Notes: generated from the letters alone by a model not told the origin. Counted from the whole stretch's first letter, positions 9,931-23,520 are shown. The stretch: DNA of 62,579 bases, filler included, from Globobulimina sp. (GCA_003354225.1; 32 parts of 32 records of this genome joined end to end with filler, not necessarily neighbours in it); one strand, 5' to 3'. Translations and numbers: made by a program.

Positions 9931-11660
9931 CACATAAAGTCCAATCTGGATAACTTATCCTTCTACACTCAGACCGAGTGCCTCGAAGCAGAATTCCTGT
10001 TGGAAATTGCAGTAATTACAACCCACACACCTATATTCTATACATTAGCTTTAGAAATTATCAAATTCATTCCAGTCGACACCGAACTAAGCGTCCAGCA
10101 CTCCATTAATTTATACGAAGAAACGCGTCGATCCCTTTTAGAGGAGAATAATCATAGACGACAAATTGCAGAACATATTCATCAATACATTGTTGACTCA
10201 ACGGTCGAAGGTAATTACTATCAACCACCATACGAAGCAATTTGTTATTATATTGATAACGAAGTTTCGTTTGGAGTTTGGAATTATTTATACGTCCCTT
10301 CGTGTCGTACCTGTAGAAGATTGATAGCCGACTGCGACTGTCATTTTTTTGATTACGTAGATTGGACACAAACGCATTCCGTCCAATATAACATTTATCC
10401 GGAATTCGGTGAACAATGAAGCAACATTCCCCATCCCTTCATCCCTTTAAACATAAACATAAAACATTTAAAAATAGCCTGCAATGCGAGAAAGTGCACA
10501 TAAATCAGTGCAATAATACCATCGATACGCAAAATCGCAATATTTTATCAGTAACAAATCATAGTAACGTCCGAGAACCCTATTTATCAAATAATATCCT
10601 ATCAAATCCATCCAATATAACCCAACCATCCCTAGCTATCCCTAATGAACAATCAGACCCATTGTCAGATGAAATATTAGTATCAAATGTAAGTGAAGCG
10701 GCAGAAGTTGATTACACATCACGTCCTTATCCCAATTTGCCGCCAGATTTAGACGCCGAATTAATGCCAGTAACGCCAGTTAAAAGCGTAAAAAGCAAAA
10801 AATGCGCCAGTCCCTCAAAGACTGAGTTAGAATATCCAGGAGGCGATGCATTGGTTTTTACGACTTTAGCCCAATGGAAGAGCGACAAAACAGAAAACCC
10901 ATTATTAGCTCTACCAAATTGTAGAACGTCAGTGGATGTGCCGAAATCGTATAAGTGCGACATACCAAACTGTCCATGTTATGACAAGGTATATAAATAT
11001 CGAGGCGTATTCATTAAACATTTTATACGCCATTTTGAGTCGCATCAAGATAGTAATTTTAAATCAGTATTTAAGTACATTCAATGCAATGGGCACGAAT
11101 GCAATAGAATTATCAAAGAAAATGCAAATAAAAATATGTGCTCACTGTGTTATAATAATTATATATTCAAATCGATAAATCACAGCGGTGATTATGATGC
11201 ATTACAATTAAATGATGACTCAGCAATGTCTTCAGACGGAAACGCTGATGAAAAGGAACTAGTTTTAGACGAACAAAGCGGTGGCATGTTGGACGAGGAT
11301 CAGTTATTAGAAGATGTGGCAAAATGCAACATCTATAAAACTGAGAACTTTCCGGATAAACACATCGTGCAAATCGGCCAAATATTCGTTTCGATTTTGA
11401 GACAATGCATTAATAAAACAACACAAAATCAGTTATTGCCGTGGATTAAATTTTTTATGTTATTTAAAGTATTTCGACAAAAGCCCCTCCGTTCAGGAAA
11501 AACATATTGCTCGAATCGATGCGACGTTTAAACGCAAATTAAAAATGTTCAAAGATGGCAATATCTATGAACTTTGGGAAGAAACCAAGAAATTACAGAA
11601 AAAATTAGAGAAGAATATGGAAAATAAAATCAATACAATCACTGAACAAAAACGCATCGA
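9931..11660 (+). mobile_element. 5' part of a CRE/R2-like non-LTR retrotransposon (small ORF to 10419; zinc-finger ORF from 10416; frameshift at about 11500)
   Basis: C2H2 finger CDIPNC...FIKHFIRH and a further Cys cluster. Then PWIKFFMLFK...PLRSGK/...FKRKLKMFKDGNIYELWEE, the segment that precedes RT in CRE-type elements. RT itself is not in the contig. Confidence 0.6.
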
Positions 11661-11760
11661 NNNNNNNNNNNNNNNNNNNNNNNNNNNNNNNNNNNNNNNN
11701 NNNNTTAATTAATTAANNNNNNNNNNNNNNNNNNNNNNNNNNNNNNNNNNNNNNNNNNNN

Positions 11761-13620
11761 ACAAAAAACTGAGTCCTTTAGATTTACATTTATTTATCCA
11801 AATGCAGAGAAAATATTATTTGGTAACGACTATATTCCATTAATTCAACAAACTGAATGTGATGAAAATATATTCTCATTTATAAATACAAAACTACGCG
11901 AAAGAGAAGAAAGCATCGATTTGATTGATGAATATATTGATGGTTTCGAGCCTGACTTAAAATTGCTGCCCCATCAACAATTTGGAGTTGGGTGGTTAAT
12001 AAAAATGGAACAAAATGCATTATTTCGTGGTGGATTTTTATGCGATGACATGGGCGTTGGTAAAACAGTGCAAATTCTTGCTCTTATGTTGCTAACCAAA
12101 AATAATAAAAAATATACAGTCAACTTTCCGCATGATAATAAATATGAATATTACAAAGATTTTGAAGAAGGAGACGATGATGATACTTTATCCGGATTTA
12201 TAGTGCCTGATACTGATGATACGGACGATATTGTTGTTGGTGATGATGATGATGATGACGATTATGATATGCATTCGGAAACACATCAAGAATATCAAGA
12301 AACACATTCACATTCAGACGATTCAGATATTCAAATTATAAGTAAACAACATGAGAATTATTACAGTGATGATAGTGAGCCAGATCTAAAACGGAGAAAA
12401 TTGACGCAAATGGTAAATAATTTTTTTTTTGAGAAATCAAGGCAAAAAAAGAAGCAACGCACATTAATTATTATGCCAGTCTGTATTTTGGAGCAATGGA
12501 GAGATGAAATTAAATTTAAAGCGCCGGATCAGTTTAATACATTAATATATCATGGCCCAAATAGAAAAAAAATAAAATTTGTCGATTTATTGCAATATGA
12601 TATAATACTAACAACATATTGCACCATAATGCGTGATTATAATCGTGGAAATGATGAATATTATGAAAACACCTTTTTTTCATATAAAATGGAAGGATTT
12701 TTTTATAGAATGGTGTTGGACGAAGCACATATTATTAACAACCCAGACAGTGGCAAAGCGAGAGCTGTTGCTGTTTTAGGTAGTAATGGATGTAAAATGC
12801 ATTGGGTATTGACCGGTACGCCAATACAGAATGGATTATGCGATTTATTTGCGTTAGGGAGGTTTTTACAATTACCTAAATTTAATAATGTGAAAATTTT
12901 CAAAGATACATTTCGTATTAAAGGCAAAAAGAAAGCAAGTCATAATAATATAAGAGTATCATCATTTTTATCCGTAGTGATGTTGCGGAGATTAAAGAGC
13001 GAAGTAATCGATGATTTGGTGTCCAAAACAGAAGAATGGGTTGAAATTGATTTTAAAAAAGAACTGCAAACTCGAGTGTTGTATGATAAATTTGCAGAGA
13101 ATGCGAGGGAAGAATTAGAGTTTGCGATCGAGAAAAAAAAAATTCGACAGCATTGGAATACTGTATTAGTACAATTAATGCGTTTGAGACAGATTTGTAA
13201 TAATCCGGATACCGCACGAGAATATAGCGGTATTTGTAGTCGTTGTGATGACATCGCCGATAAACCATATAAAATTGTTGAATGTGGACATTTATTTTGT
13301 GCACAACATTTGGAGGAATTAAATGGAGAATGTCCTCATCTTTCATGTAAGGTTACATTTGATTTTGATGAATATAGTGAGGATATTATTGATTTACCAG
13401 ATAAAAAACCATTGTTTTCTGCGGAATGGAGACAGTTTATTGAAGAAAAGAGTGGCAATATTTTCAGGATGAATATGTTAAATGACAGGTTTGGCGATGA
13501 TATTGGCTCTGTTATTGGTCGATATCTTTATGGGGAAAGAAATAAAATAATGGGCTATGTTACACGGCGAAGAATAGCAAAAGCAAACCGAAAGCATGCT
13601 GCTAACAGAGAGTTTGGTAT
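11761..13620 (+). CDS. RAD5/RAD16-like SNF2 ATPase with inserted RING finger (internal fragment)
   Basis: LLPHQ, GGFLCDDMGVGKT, LDEAH, LTGTPIQN, MLRRLK, LMRLRQICN and RING C..C...CGHLFC..H...CP are present. The frame is open across the whole contig. Confidence 0.93.
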
Positions 13621-13720
13621 NNNNNNNNNNNNNNNNNNNNNNNNNNNNNNNNNNNNNNNNNNNNTTAATTAATTAANNNNNNNNNNNNNNNNNNNNNNNN
13701 NNNNNNNNNNNNNNNNNNNN

Positions 13721-15580
13721 ATCATACTTTACAAAATCCGGTAAATCTGTAAAAAAGGAAATTAATGTATTACAATCTGATCATTTAAAAATAACAAATA
13801 CAATCGATCGATTACGTAATTCATTGAATCAAAGCAATATCTTCATTGGCGGATGGGATGTTGTTTGTATGTACGGTGCGATTGATACGGAATATGGAAA
13901 CTCATTAAATGCAGATATGATCGATATATATTACAATGATTTGAGACAATTAATCATAGACACTTTCAATATTAACGATTTCATCCCAAATAAAATCGAA
14001 TTCAGATTAGCATTAGATATTGTTATGAAAAACAACATCGTCAGATTTAATAACAAATTTTTAAAACAAACAAACGGCGGTTCCATGGGTCCCGCACATA
14101 CACCGCCTTGGGCCGATATTGCGATGATCCCAATTATCAAAAAAGCAAAAGTATTAATAAATGATTTCATCGTTAAACATGGTATGAAAATATACCGCGA
14201 TGATTTGACTATTATTTGGTTCGGAACCTTTGAATTAGCAAATAAAATAACTTTAATTTTGAATTCAATTAATAAGAATATACAATTTAAGATGGAACAA
14301 CCAAAGGATTTGATAACTGGGAAAGAGATACATTATTTAAATAGCACTATAAAAATAAGCGAGAATGGCCTGACAAGCCAACATTATATAAAACCAATGA
14401 AATGTACAAATCCATTGGACCCAGACAGCCATCATAATAAAAATATATTTTATGCAATGCCCATCACATTATTGAGAGAAGTAAGAGTTGTATCTGACGA
14501 TCAATTTTTATACAATGCGATGAGTAGAATAGTATTAGAATTATTAAAATCCGGCTATCCCAAAAATGCGGTATTAAACACCTGGAAAAAGTACACAAAT
14601 ATGTCAAAAATGGATTTATTAATCACATCAAAGGACAAATATAACTTAACAGAAATTAGAAAACAATACGATTTTATACATGATCCATATGAGGAACATT
14701 TATTATCGAAGAAAAGAAAAATGCAAAATATCACTAAAAAAATTGATAAAAAATACCATAAAAATCGTGATTCATTTTTTAATACAAATAATATCCAATT
14801 AATCCTTACACATCACCCAAATCTACCAAATATTGAGAAAATAATTGAAAAAATGTTCGATATTTTCAAGTTAGACCCGGAAATTTGTGGTAAATATGGA
14901 TTTATTGAAAGAAAAGACATTGAAATCCATTATAAAAGAGATAAGAATATAAGCGAACTATTACCGATTGGATATATACCAAAAGCATTAGAATTGAGTT
15001 TAAATCCGCAGCAAATTGATGACGCATTAAATATAATTCAAATAGCAAACATTGGCAACCATTCACCAAATATTATATTAAATAATTATATGACAAGAGA
15101 ATATATGGCATTATTATCAGAATTAATAAATAATAAAACAAAAAACTACTTCAAATCAAGTGCAGGGATTATTACATTAAATTGGTACAAAAAATGTAAT
15201 ATAATTGATATAAAATACTCATTTATCAATAAAGAAATTATAAATTTAATTGCGGAGTTTTTAATTATTAAAAAACAAAATGATATTCGCGCATTTTGTA
15301 TAACACAAACTAAGATTAAAAGGAAACCAATCAAAAAACCTAAGTTATTAAAGGGTTGCTTTGGTTGCACCAAAGGTTGTGGTGTCTGCACAACAAAGAA
15401 TAGAAATGGCACACAATTGTTATTAAGCGGCGATTATTATATTTCAACAAAATTAAATAGAAAAATCAAAATAAAACAACATTTTAACTGTAACTCAAAA
15501 TGGATTATTTATATTATGGTTTGTATTAATTGCGGTATTGAGTCGATTGGATCTACACAAAATATGGCGAAAACGAGGAT
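13721..15580 (+). mobile_element. Penelope-like retroelement: RT, thumb, zinc-knuckle linker and start of GIY-YIG endonuclease
   Basis: WDVVCMY, QTNGGSMG...P, YRDD, YIKP....L...SHH, YKRDKNISELL, GCFGCTKGCGVC and FNCNSKWIIYIMVCINCG.SIGST are present. Confidence 0.9.
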
Positions 15581-15710
15581 NNNNNNNNNNNNNNNNNNNN
15601 NNNNNNNNNNNNNNNNNNNNNNNNTTAATTAATTAANNNNNNNNNNNNNNNNNNNNNNNNNNNNNNNNNNNNNNNNNNNNGCGCAACGGCAAAGGGCATA
15701 TACTAAATAC

Positions 15711-16689
15711 CTAAGTTTTGCACATGTTGTGCATATTTCTGCGCATCCACCCATGTAAAGGACAACTTGCCTTTGGCGTCTTTGGCATAAGGCGTCAAGG
15801 CATCGATCACGCTCTGTTTCTCCTCCTCGTCGTCCACATTGAGACTGATCCAGACCAATGGAAGGCCGCGGTCGACGTAATCCTTATAGTTCTCGGGTCC
15901 AATGGCGTCGATCAATGGGAAACGCTCAGCGTTCAAAAACGCGGTGATGCCCTCAACAGTAACCTCTCCGTCGTAGGCTACCAACGGCTCACCAAAGTCG
16001 CGAAACATATATAATTTGCCAAAGTCAGTGCCTGTGATAGTTACGGATTTATCTGTGACTTGGCCGACTACCACAGATTCGCGGTTTGCCTCTGCTACGT
16101 CGGTCAACGTTGTTGCTTCCTCGGCGTCTGTTTGTGTGTTTAGATGAGAAAAAAAAAGAAATTTCAATATATGATGTGTATATTATATACCTTCAGCAAA
16201 GAAACCGACTAAAACTACACGTCCTTTTTTCTTGAAAGCTTCGACCGATTCCTCGGTGGCCAATATAGACACAGGTGGCATGGAACGGGTCCGTAGCCAT
16301 TGCACTATGGTTGGCTCGGTACGGCCGCCAGAATAATCCGATGGTTTATCCACGTCGCCGGTGAAAAATTTCAAGGTCGGGAAGCCTTTCACGCCGTATC
16401 TTGTGGCTAAGTCTTTTTCCTCGGTCGCGTCCACTTTGGCCAACATGGCTTCAATGCCCGCATCGGCGGCGATGGTTTGAGCGGCTTTCTCGAATTCGGG
16501 GGCTAAGGCTTTGCAATGGCCACACCATGGCGCATAAAACTCGACCAACACTTTGCTGTTATCGCTGATGAATTGAGCAAAGTTCTCGGTGGTTAAGGTG
16601 ACGACTGCTTCTTCTGATTCCTCGCCTTCTTCTTCGGCGGCGCGGCCTAAAATTAATAAGGTTGAGATTAATAATGTTGAGAAAATCAT
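15711..16689 (-). CDS. PDI: Protein disulfide isomerase, 5' part (intron 16128-16190; next intron starts at 15710)
   Basis: Signal peptide, EFYAPWCGHCK and GFPTLKFF, followed by b/b' domains. Confidence 0.95.
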
Positions 16690-18713
16690 GGTGTGGGTGG
16701 TTATTGTGGTTCACTATCGTTGGAGTGGTGATTGAGTATTTGTGAAGGGACGATTTTTAAAATAAAAAACTTTGATGTTTGATTTCAGTTTTTCTTGAAC
16801 AATGGCTGACATCTCCCTAAAAGATGTGAATAACAAAACAGCAACCGATGAATACGCAACATTACGTGGTGCAAAACAACAGAAACAGAAAACCAGCGGC
16901 AACCGCTGGACCATTTGTAATTAAAGAAATTAATTGTTATTTACATTCAATTTTTATTTTCTTTATATAAATTGTGTTAATCACATTCATATTTTACGAA
17001 TATTTAATTTAATTTTTTTGTATATTTATTTTTATTTAAATCCACTTTGTTGTTTAGATTTTGTCCACGTCATTAAGTGGTGCTATTTATTGTTATTATC
17101 AATATTATCAGACATCAAAAACGTGAGAAAGAAAAAACAATTTATTCATCAAAATGTTGGTTCAAAATTATTGGTTCAAAATGTGAGAGAATTATGTACA
17201 TAGCAAAATTATTGAATTTGTCAACAAAAATTAAAACCATTTGCCAAAATTACCAAAAGTGAAAGAATAAATTAAGAATTATCATCACCAAAAGAGAAAG
17301 AATTGCGAATTCATACTTGGTCGCAACTGAAGTAAGATTGTCATTCCTGAATCATCATTCATGGCAAACCTTTTATGCAACTCACAATCCAATCATAAGA
17401 TATTTGCCATCGCTATCGCACTCATATTAGGATCATTATACGCATTTGAGTTTATGTCGCATGAAACATAAATAATGAATAAAAATGAACGACATTTCTC
17501 TTTGTATAGCAATAAACATACACCAAAAACTAAAATACAANNNNNNNNNNNNNNNNNNNNNNNNNNNNNNNNNNNNNNNNNNNNTTAATTAATTAANNNN
17601 NNNNNNNNNNNNNNNNNNNNNNNNNNNNNNNNNNNNNNNNATGGCCTGTATCCTTGTTTGTTTATACTATTTATTAGTGTTTCTTGCTTGTGTATTAGGT
17701 GAAATCTTTAATTGATTTCTTAGTGTTTTGAAGAAAAAAAAAAAGAAATATACTTCAAAGTCACTTTTGTCACCACTGTGCATATGTCGATTAGTATTAA
17801 CAATAATATTGTTAGAGTTTAAATTTAATTTAGAAAAGGAAATTAAACCAAAAAAACATGGCATATGGATCACAGATAACACTAACACATAAAACATAAA
17901 ACATAAAAATGACAAACAAGATCTAGACACAAAACTGACAAACACATGCGTACGTTATTGCAATTAACGATACGTAATTGCGAAATGTATGAACAACACT
18001 AAACACTACACACAAATTAAAATAAAACAAACACATCGCACGTACAAATATATAATGTCAGCAAAAATGGAATACATATTCAATTATATATATTCGATCA
18101 AAACACACCAAATGAACAATTCATCAGATAAAAAAATCTGAACGCATTACACAAACAAATTTGATTCCGAAAACACGAGAATCAAGAACTAAATATCAGT
18201 ACTACTCATTGCGAACACTAGAATGAGTACTACCCACACACTCAATTAATAAAATTAACACACAAATATGTCACATGTTGTTAGACTAAATGTACCTAAA
18301 TATGACAAATTAAATTAATTATAAATGAAATACAGTACATCTAAATATAATATATATAATTAACTTCATTCATTACTTCACAGAACCAATAATATTTCAT
18401 TGCAAATCTAAACAAATTAACAATGCTGTTTTGTTGGTGAAAATCTATAGTTACAGATGGAACATTCCATTTGGTGGACAATAACGTTATTTCATTCTGC
18501 AGTGTTTTGCCACATTTCTTCATTGCAACCAAAATACAATTATTCATCGAACTGCGTTTCTTCCAAATTGAACGACATACATTGTCAATGCACGAGATTG
18601 AATCTTTTTTATTGATTAATATTAAATACACTTTTTTATAGAAATACACATAATAATTAGTATCATTGTCAATGTTGTCGATTTGAGTGATATCGATTGC
18701 CATTTTACAATGA

Positions 18714-19136
18714 TCAATATTTAATGTGCCCGATTCTTCAATTTGTAAAATTGAGTCTGTATATTTATGTGCCTCCGATATATCTGTACCTACAGATATT
18801 CAATGCTGGTTTGAATCTGATTTTGCTGCGAATATTAATGGGCTTATTGCCCCCGGTGATAATATATTATTTGACGGCGCGTACAGGTACGTCGCCGACT
18901 ATTTTCTCACACCTTTTCCAGGCCGAGTATCGCCTGAATCTGTTGAAGGGCGTTGGAATTATTTGCAAGCGAAAGGAAGAGTGTTGGTTGAGAATTATTT
19001 TATGGTTTTAAAGAAGCATTGGGCCATTTTTGGATTGAAATATCCATTTCATAAAAAAAGAATTGGTATTTTTTTTAGATGTTGCTGCATTTTAACAAAT
19101 ATAATTAATAAATATCAAAGTCCTATGAGAGCATAA
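18714..19136 (+). mobile_element. PIF/Harbinger (HARBI1-like) transposase, C-terminal fragment
   Basis: LFDGAY...FLTPF...WN...RVLVENYFMVLKKHWAIF...CCILTN matches the C-terminal D..E region. The N-terminus was not found. Confidence 0.8.
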
Positions 19137-19600
19137 ATTACATTGTATCTGTTATTATTATATATTACTTATATTCTTTCAGTCATGTTTTGCGTTTTGT
19201 TTATTAGTTTTGTTTCTATTTTATGAATGTTCTATCATTCATTCATAAAATAATATGTTTATTATTGCAAGCTTTTAACGTTTAAATTCATATAATACGC
19301 TCGCAAATATCGTTTGACTCAATGCGGGACTTTGACTCACTCGATGTAGACTCGATAGAAATAAATATTTAGCGATAAAACCCCTTTACAAAAAGTTCAC
19401 TCAATCACCGCACTCGAAATCATGTCAGCTCATGTGAACTCTGACTAGTTCAGAGCCAGATAAATGCCAAAGATTTAATGTATGTCGTTCAATTTGTAAG
19501 NNNNNNNNNNNNNNNNNNNNNNNNNNNNNNNNNNNNNNNNNNNNTTAATTAATTAANNNNNNNNNNNNNNNNNNNNNNNNNNNNNNNNNNNNNNNNNNNN

Positions 19601-20438
19601 GAAACGAATGAGTATTGTGCTGTTTCTATCCTATATTACCATAACTATCATATACTTAATATTTGCAATTTGTGGATACTATTTATTTGGCACTGATACA
19701 AATAGCAATGTATTGGATAATTTTGAAGATAGGCATGGTGCATCGATCAGCGTTGCTAGACTTTGTATGGCTTTTTCTTTGTGTGGTTGTTTTCCGTTGG
19801 TATTTAAAGCTGGAATCAATGCCATCGAAGATAAGTTTTTCAATCAAAATAGGAATTTAATATGGAATTTTAAGGATAAACCATTGTTACGGATATGTAT
19901 TATTACGTTAATTGTGGCAATACTTACAGTTTTAAGTTTATTTCTTGACGATATTGGTCCAGTGACGAGCATTGAAGGTGCAGTCACTGTTTTGTTTTTA
20001 ATTTCTGTCTTTCCGATTTTGGTCGTCTGGCGGTTAGGATTCCATGCTGATAATTTAAATGATGTGACACTGGAATTTAAATATATGTGTAGCTCTGGAA
20101 TGGATTATGTTGATGTTATAGATGAAAATGGCAATGTGGTTATTAATTATGAAAGTATTGAAATGGACAACATTGGAAATGATAGTGATGGACTCGAGGA
20201 CAATAATAATGAGAATCATTTCAAACAACAGGAAACAACAATAATTAAAGATGTTGATAATTTATTTGTTGGTAAAGAAGAGGAAGAGATGGATAATATG
20301 AAAACTGTGATTCTGTTAAAAAGCGGTAATGATATTTGTAAGAGTATAGTACTTAGTTTCTTATTATTTACTGGTGTGTTATTTGGAATTATTGGCGTTA
20401 CTATGTCTATTGCGGTTATTGGTGGGTGGTATAAATGA
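19601..20438 (+). CDS. Amino acid transporter (Aa_trans/SLC38-like), C-terminal part
   Basis: GYYLFGTDTNSNVLDNF...ARL......FPL and several TM helices. Confidence 0.85.
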
Positions 20439-20569
20439 TTCGCATATTGTATATTACTGTATTCTATGTTTTTAGATAGTCCAAGCTACTTTAGCAAGAA
20501 TACTTGCTTTAGAAACACTTTTTCATTCAATATTCTACGTTTTTGTACAAAAACTTTAGTTTCTAGGTC

Positions 20570-21148
20570 ATGTTTAGCGTCAGGCCTATCCAATTAATCA
20601 TATTTGCATTCACATTATATTTATGTTATTCATTTTGGAATCAGTCGTGGTTTTCCTATCATCCAATGTTTATGATATTTGGCTATTTGGGATGTATGTC
20701 AAATGCCGTATTTTTTGAACGTTGGGGTGTTAATCATTGGATCCATATGTTTTTACAAATAATTTGTGCATTATGTGTAGATTTTGCATGGTATGTTATA
20801 TACACAAATAAAAATATGGCAAAAAAAAATCATAACACAACATGGCATTCATGGGTCGGTGTTGGGTGTTTAGTATTGAATAATTTACAATGTATGGGCG
20901 CAATATACAATTTATGGCCCGGAAAAGCAAAAAAAGATAAAAAACCATTGGATATAACATTACATAAATGGAGTGGAAGAATAATGTTTACTGCAATTTT
21001 AATTGCAATGCATTTGGGATTTTATAAATTAAAACGCTCAAAAATGATCAAAGTCATATTATTTGATGCATTTCTAGTATCGGTTGCCATTGCTACTTTA
21101 ACAAAATGGATCTATATCAAACCATTATGGAAAGAAATTCGAATATGA
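20570..21148 (+). CDS. Cytochrome b561 domain protein
   Basis: Four heme-ligand-type His: FSYHP, WIHMFLQ, TTWHSWVG, LHKWSGR. Confidence 0.85.
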   Translation: MFSVRPIQLIIFAFTLYLCYSFWNQSWFSYHPMFMIFGYLGCMSNAVFFERWGVNHWIHMFLQIICALCVDFAWYVIYTNKNMAKKNHNTTWHSWVGVGCLVLNNLQCMGAIYNLWPGKAKKDKKPLDITLHKWSGRIMFTAILIAMHLGFYKLKRSKMIKVILFDAFLVSVAIATLTKWIYIKPLWKEIRI

Positions 21149-21264
21149 TCCAATTTGCCATTCAATTTCTTGCAATTTCGAACTCTGAGTGTGACTGGAC
21201 TTTTGTTTCTAACTCTAAAAAACTTTCAATGATACTGTAACAATACACATAAACGAGGCAAACC

Positions 21265-21460
21265 ATGCCGACCGCAGATGTTGATATAGGACCATGGCAA
21301 CGCATTTTTTCCGCATCAATAGGCGCATTGACAACATCATTACTGGTCACACCTTTGGATGTAACAAAAATACGAATGCAAGTTCAAAACACATCCATTA
21401 GTGATGGCATGCTTTGTGAAATATGCGCAGAAACTGGCACCAAACAATATAAATATTCCA
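21265..21460 (+). CDS. Mitochondrial carrier, SLC25A39/40 (MTM1)-like, 5' end
   Basis: QRIFSASIGALTTSLLVTPLDVTKIRMQ. Confidence 0.85.
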
Positions 21461-21560
21461 NNNNNNNNNNNNNNNNNNNNNNNNNNNNNNNNNNNNNNNN
21501 NNNNTTAATTAATTAANNNNNNNNNNNNNNNNNNNNNNNNNNNNNNNNNNNNNNNNNNNN

Positions 21561-22535
21561 ACATCTCGCAATATCTTATAATTGCCAATGGCTTTGTGCA
21601 TCAAACTCAATAATGATTCCATATCTGTACAGTCCGCATCCTCCAACAAAATCGCACCATTATTCCTATCAAAACAGACATTTTTTCGGTTCAAGTCGGT
21701 GTTTATGATATTTATTATTTGGTTGCTGATGTCGGTGATCATATGTATCCTATCAATGGGCCGTTTGTTGTCTGTGGTTACGATGCAGACCGATGGCAAT
21801 TTATTGGATGCGAATTTAATGAGTTCCACCATGATATTTGGAAGCGTATAATTTATATTGTCATCGTTTAGATTCATATTTAGATTTATTTTGCTGTTTA
21901 AATATTTATATAACGGCATACGCAAATAATTTGAGGTTGTGAGTGCGATCAAATTCGAGATTGTGCCGGTTATATTGAATTTATTTGCATCATTGGAAGC
22001 GTATAAATTGTACAATTCGTTGTCAATTTTGCGTTGTTCGTCGATACGAATGGAGCGTAAGCCAGGGGATAAAATTTCCGATACTTTTTTCATTATTGAT
22101 TGGACAGTGTTGGTGTCTTGCTTTTTTTCTTCATTTGCATTGTTTTTCGCTTCGTTTCTGGAAGTTATAAATACATTTTCTACACCGAGATACTAAGCAT
22201 TTTGTATATCATTAATTGTATGGATTTGTCCCATCGCAATTTCGCAAATTTTACGACTTAACTCTGGGTGGCCTGGCATTTGAAACACGACCAAATAATT
22301 GTAGTTGGACGGAACTATTGCCATAGGAATCAATGCCTTGTTTGGCTACTAATCTATCAATGATCGGTACATCTTTTGTCCATTCCGAGATGATGTCAGA
22401 TAAAAATAGCCATGGATCTTTTGGACGTGATCGGCAAACTTCATTTACTGCGCGGTTCAGTTTGTCAGATAATGTATGTGTTGCTATATAATTCAACACC
22501 AGTTCTCGCGCTTTTTGGATCTTATCCTGTGACAT
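21561..22535 (-). CDS. Divergent enolase-like (ENO4-type) protein with N-terminal docking-like domain (intron 22193-22262), 5' part
   Basis: YIATHTLSDKLNRAVNEV...PKDP precedes IDRLVAKQGIDSYGN, EQRKIDNEL, MPLYKYL and TLPNIMV. The intron joins the two ORFs in frame. Confidence 0.65.
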
Positions 22536-22580
22536 GATTTGACAACCAACAAGTTTTTTTTTCTAAAGTTTAACTTTAAC

Positions 22581-23420
22581 ATGAAACTTAATTTCAAACT
22601 CTTTTGCCTTTCACTTGGTGTAATCTTTGCAGGATATGTTATTGTTTTATTGTCCTCATATTATATACCAAACTATACTATATTCAAACGAGCAGAAAAT
22701 AATGAAATTACTGTTGCAAATAAACCTGTGATTGGTTCTGTTCATTCTGATTCTATTAACATACCACTACGAAACAAGCAACAAAGCGGGAGAAAATCTA
22801 AACAACTTCCCGACAAACATGGAATTCAATTCATTGCAAACCACTCATTGAATATATTTAAAACTAAGTTCCCTCCATTTTTGATATCTTTCCCAGCCTC
22901 AGGCAATACATTTACTCGCTTATTATTAGAACATACAACTTTATATTGGACGGGAAGTGTTTATCAATCTCCTTTAATACATATGAACTTTGACGGTGAA
23001 ATGAATGCAGATGATACTGTTCTTGTCATTAAATTGCATCCAACTGGTTTCCATAAATATGTTGATAATATTATTGATATGGATTTTAATGGGATGGTTG
23101 GCATTGCTTTTGAAAGAGTATGGCATTCAATAAAAAATACATTACGCAAATACAATGAAGAAATAAGTGCAATATTTATATTACGAAATGTATTTAATGT
23201 TTGTTGGAGTTTTTTTCAATATCAAAATGCAATGGAATATGATACAGAAATTAGCAATAAATATTCATTGAGTATTATTAAGAAGCATTTATCATCATTT
23301 ATTATGAGCGAATATAGATTTAAAAATGAATTATTGTCTCAATGGAAAAATAAAAGTTTAAGTTGCGCAAAGAGTTGGTTACAAACATTTGAATGGATCC
23401 ATAAATTTAAACATAGAGAT
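22581..23420 (+). CDS. Type II membrane sulfotransferase (WSCD-like), 5' part
   Basis: N-terminal TM helix; LISFPASGNTFTRLLLE...TGSVY...IKLH...IFILRN. Confidence 0.8.
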
Positions 23421-23520
23421 NNNNNNNNNNNNNNNNNNNNNNNNNNNNNNNNNNNNNNNNNNNNTTAATTAATTAANNNNNNNNNNNNNNNNNNNNNNNN
23501 NNNNNNNNNNNNNNNNNNNN

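Noticed and set aside
18119..18145. Hammerhead ribozyme core (CTGATGA on the minus strand)
   Set aside because: There is no properly placed GAAA and no stems II and III.
16934..18340. Short hydrophobic ORFs in AT-rich DNA
   Set aside because: They are low-complexity translations with no motifs and are probably intergenic.
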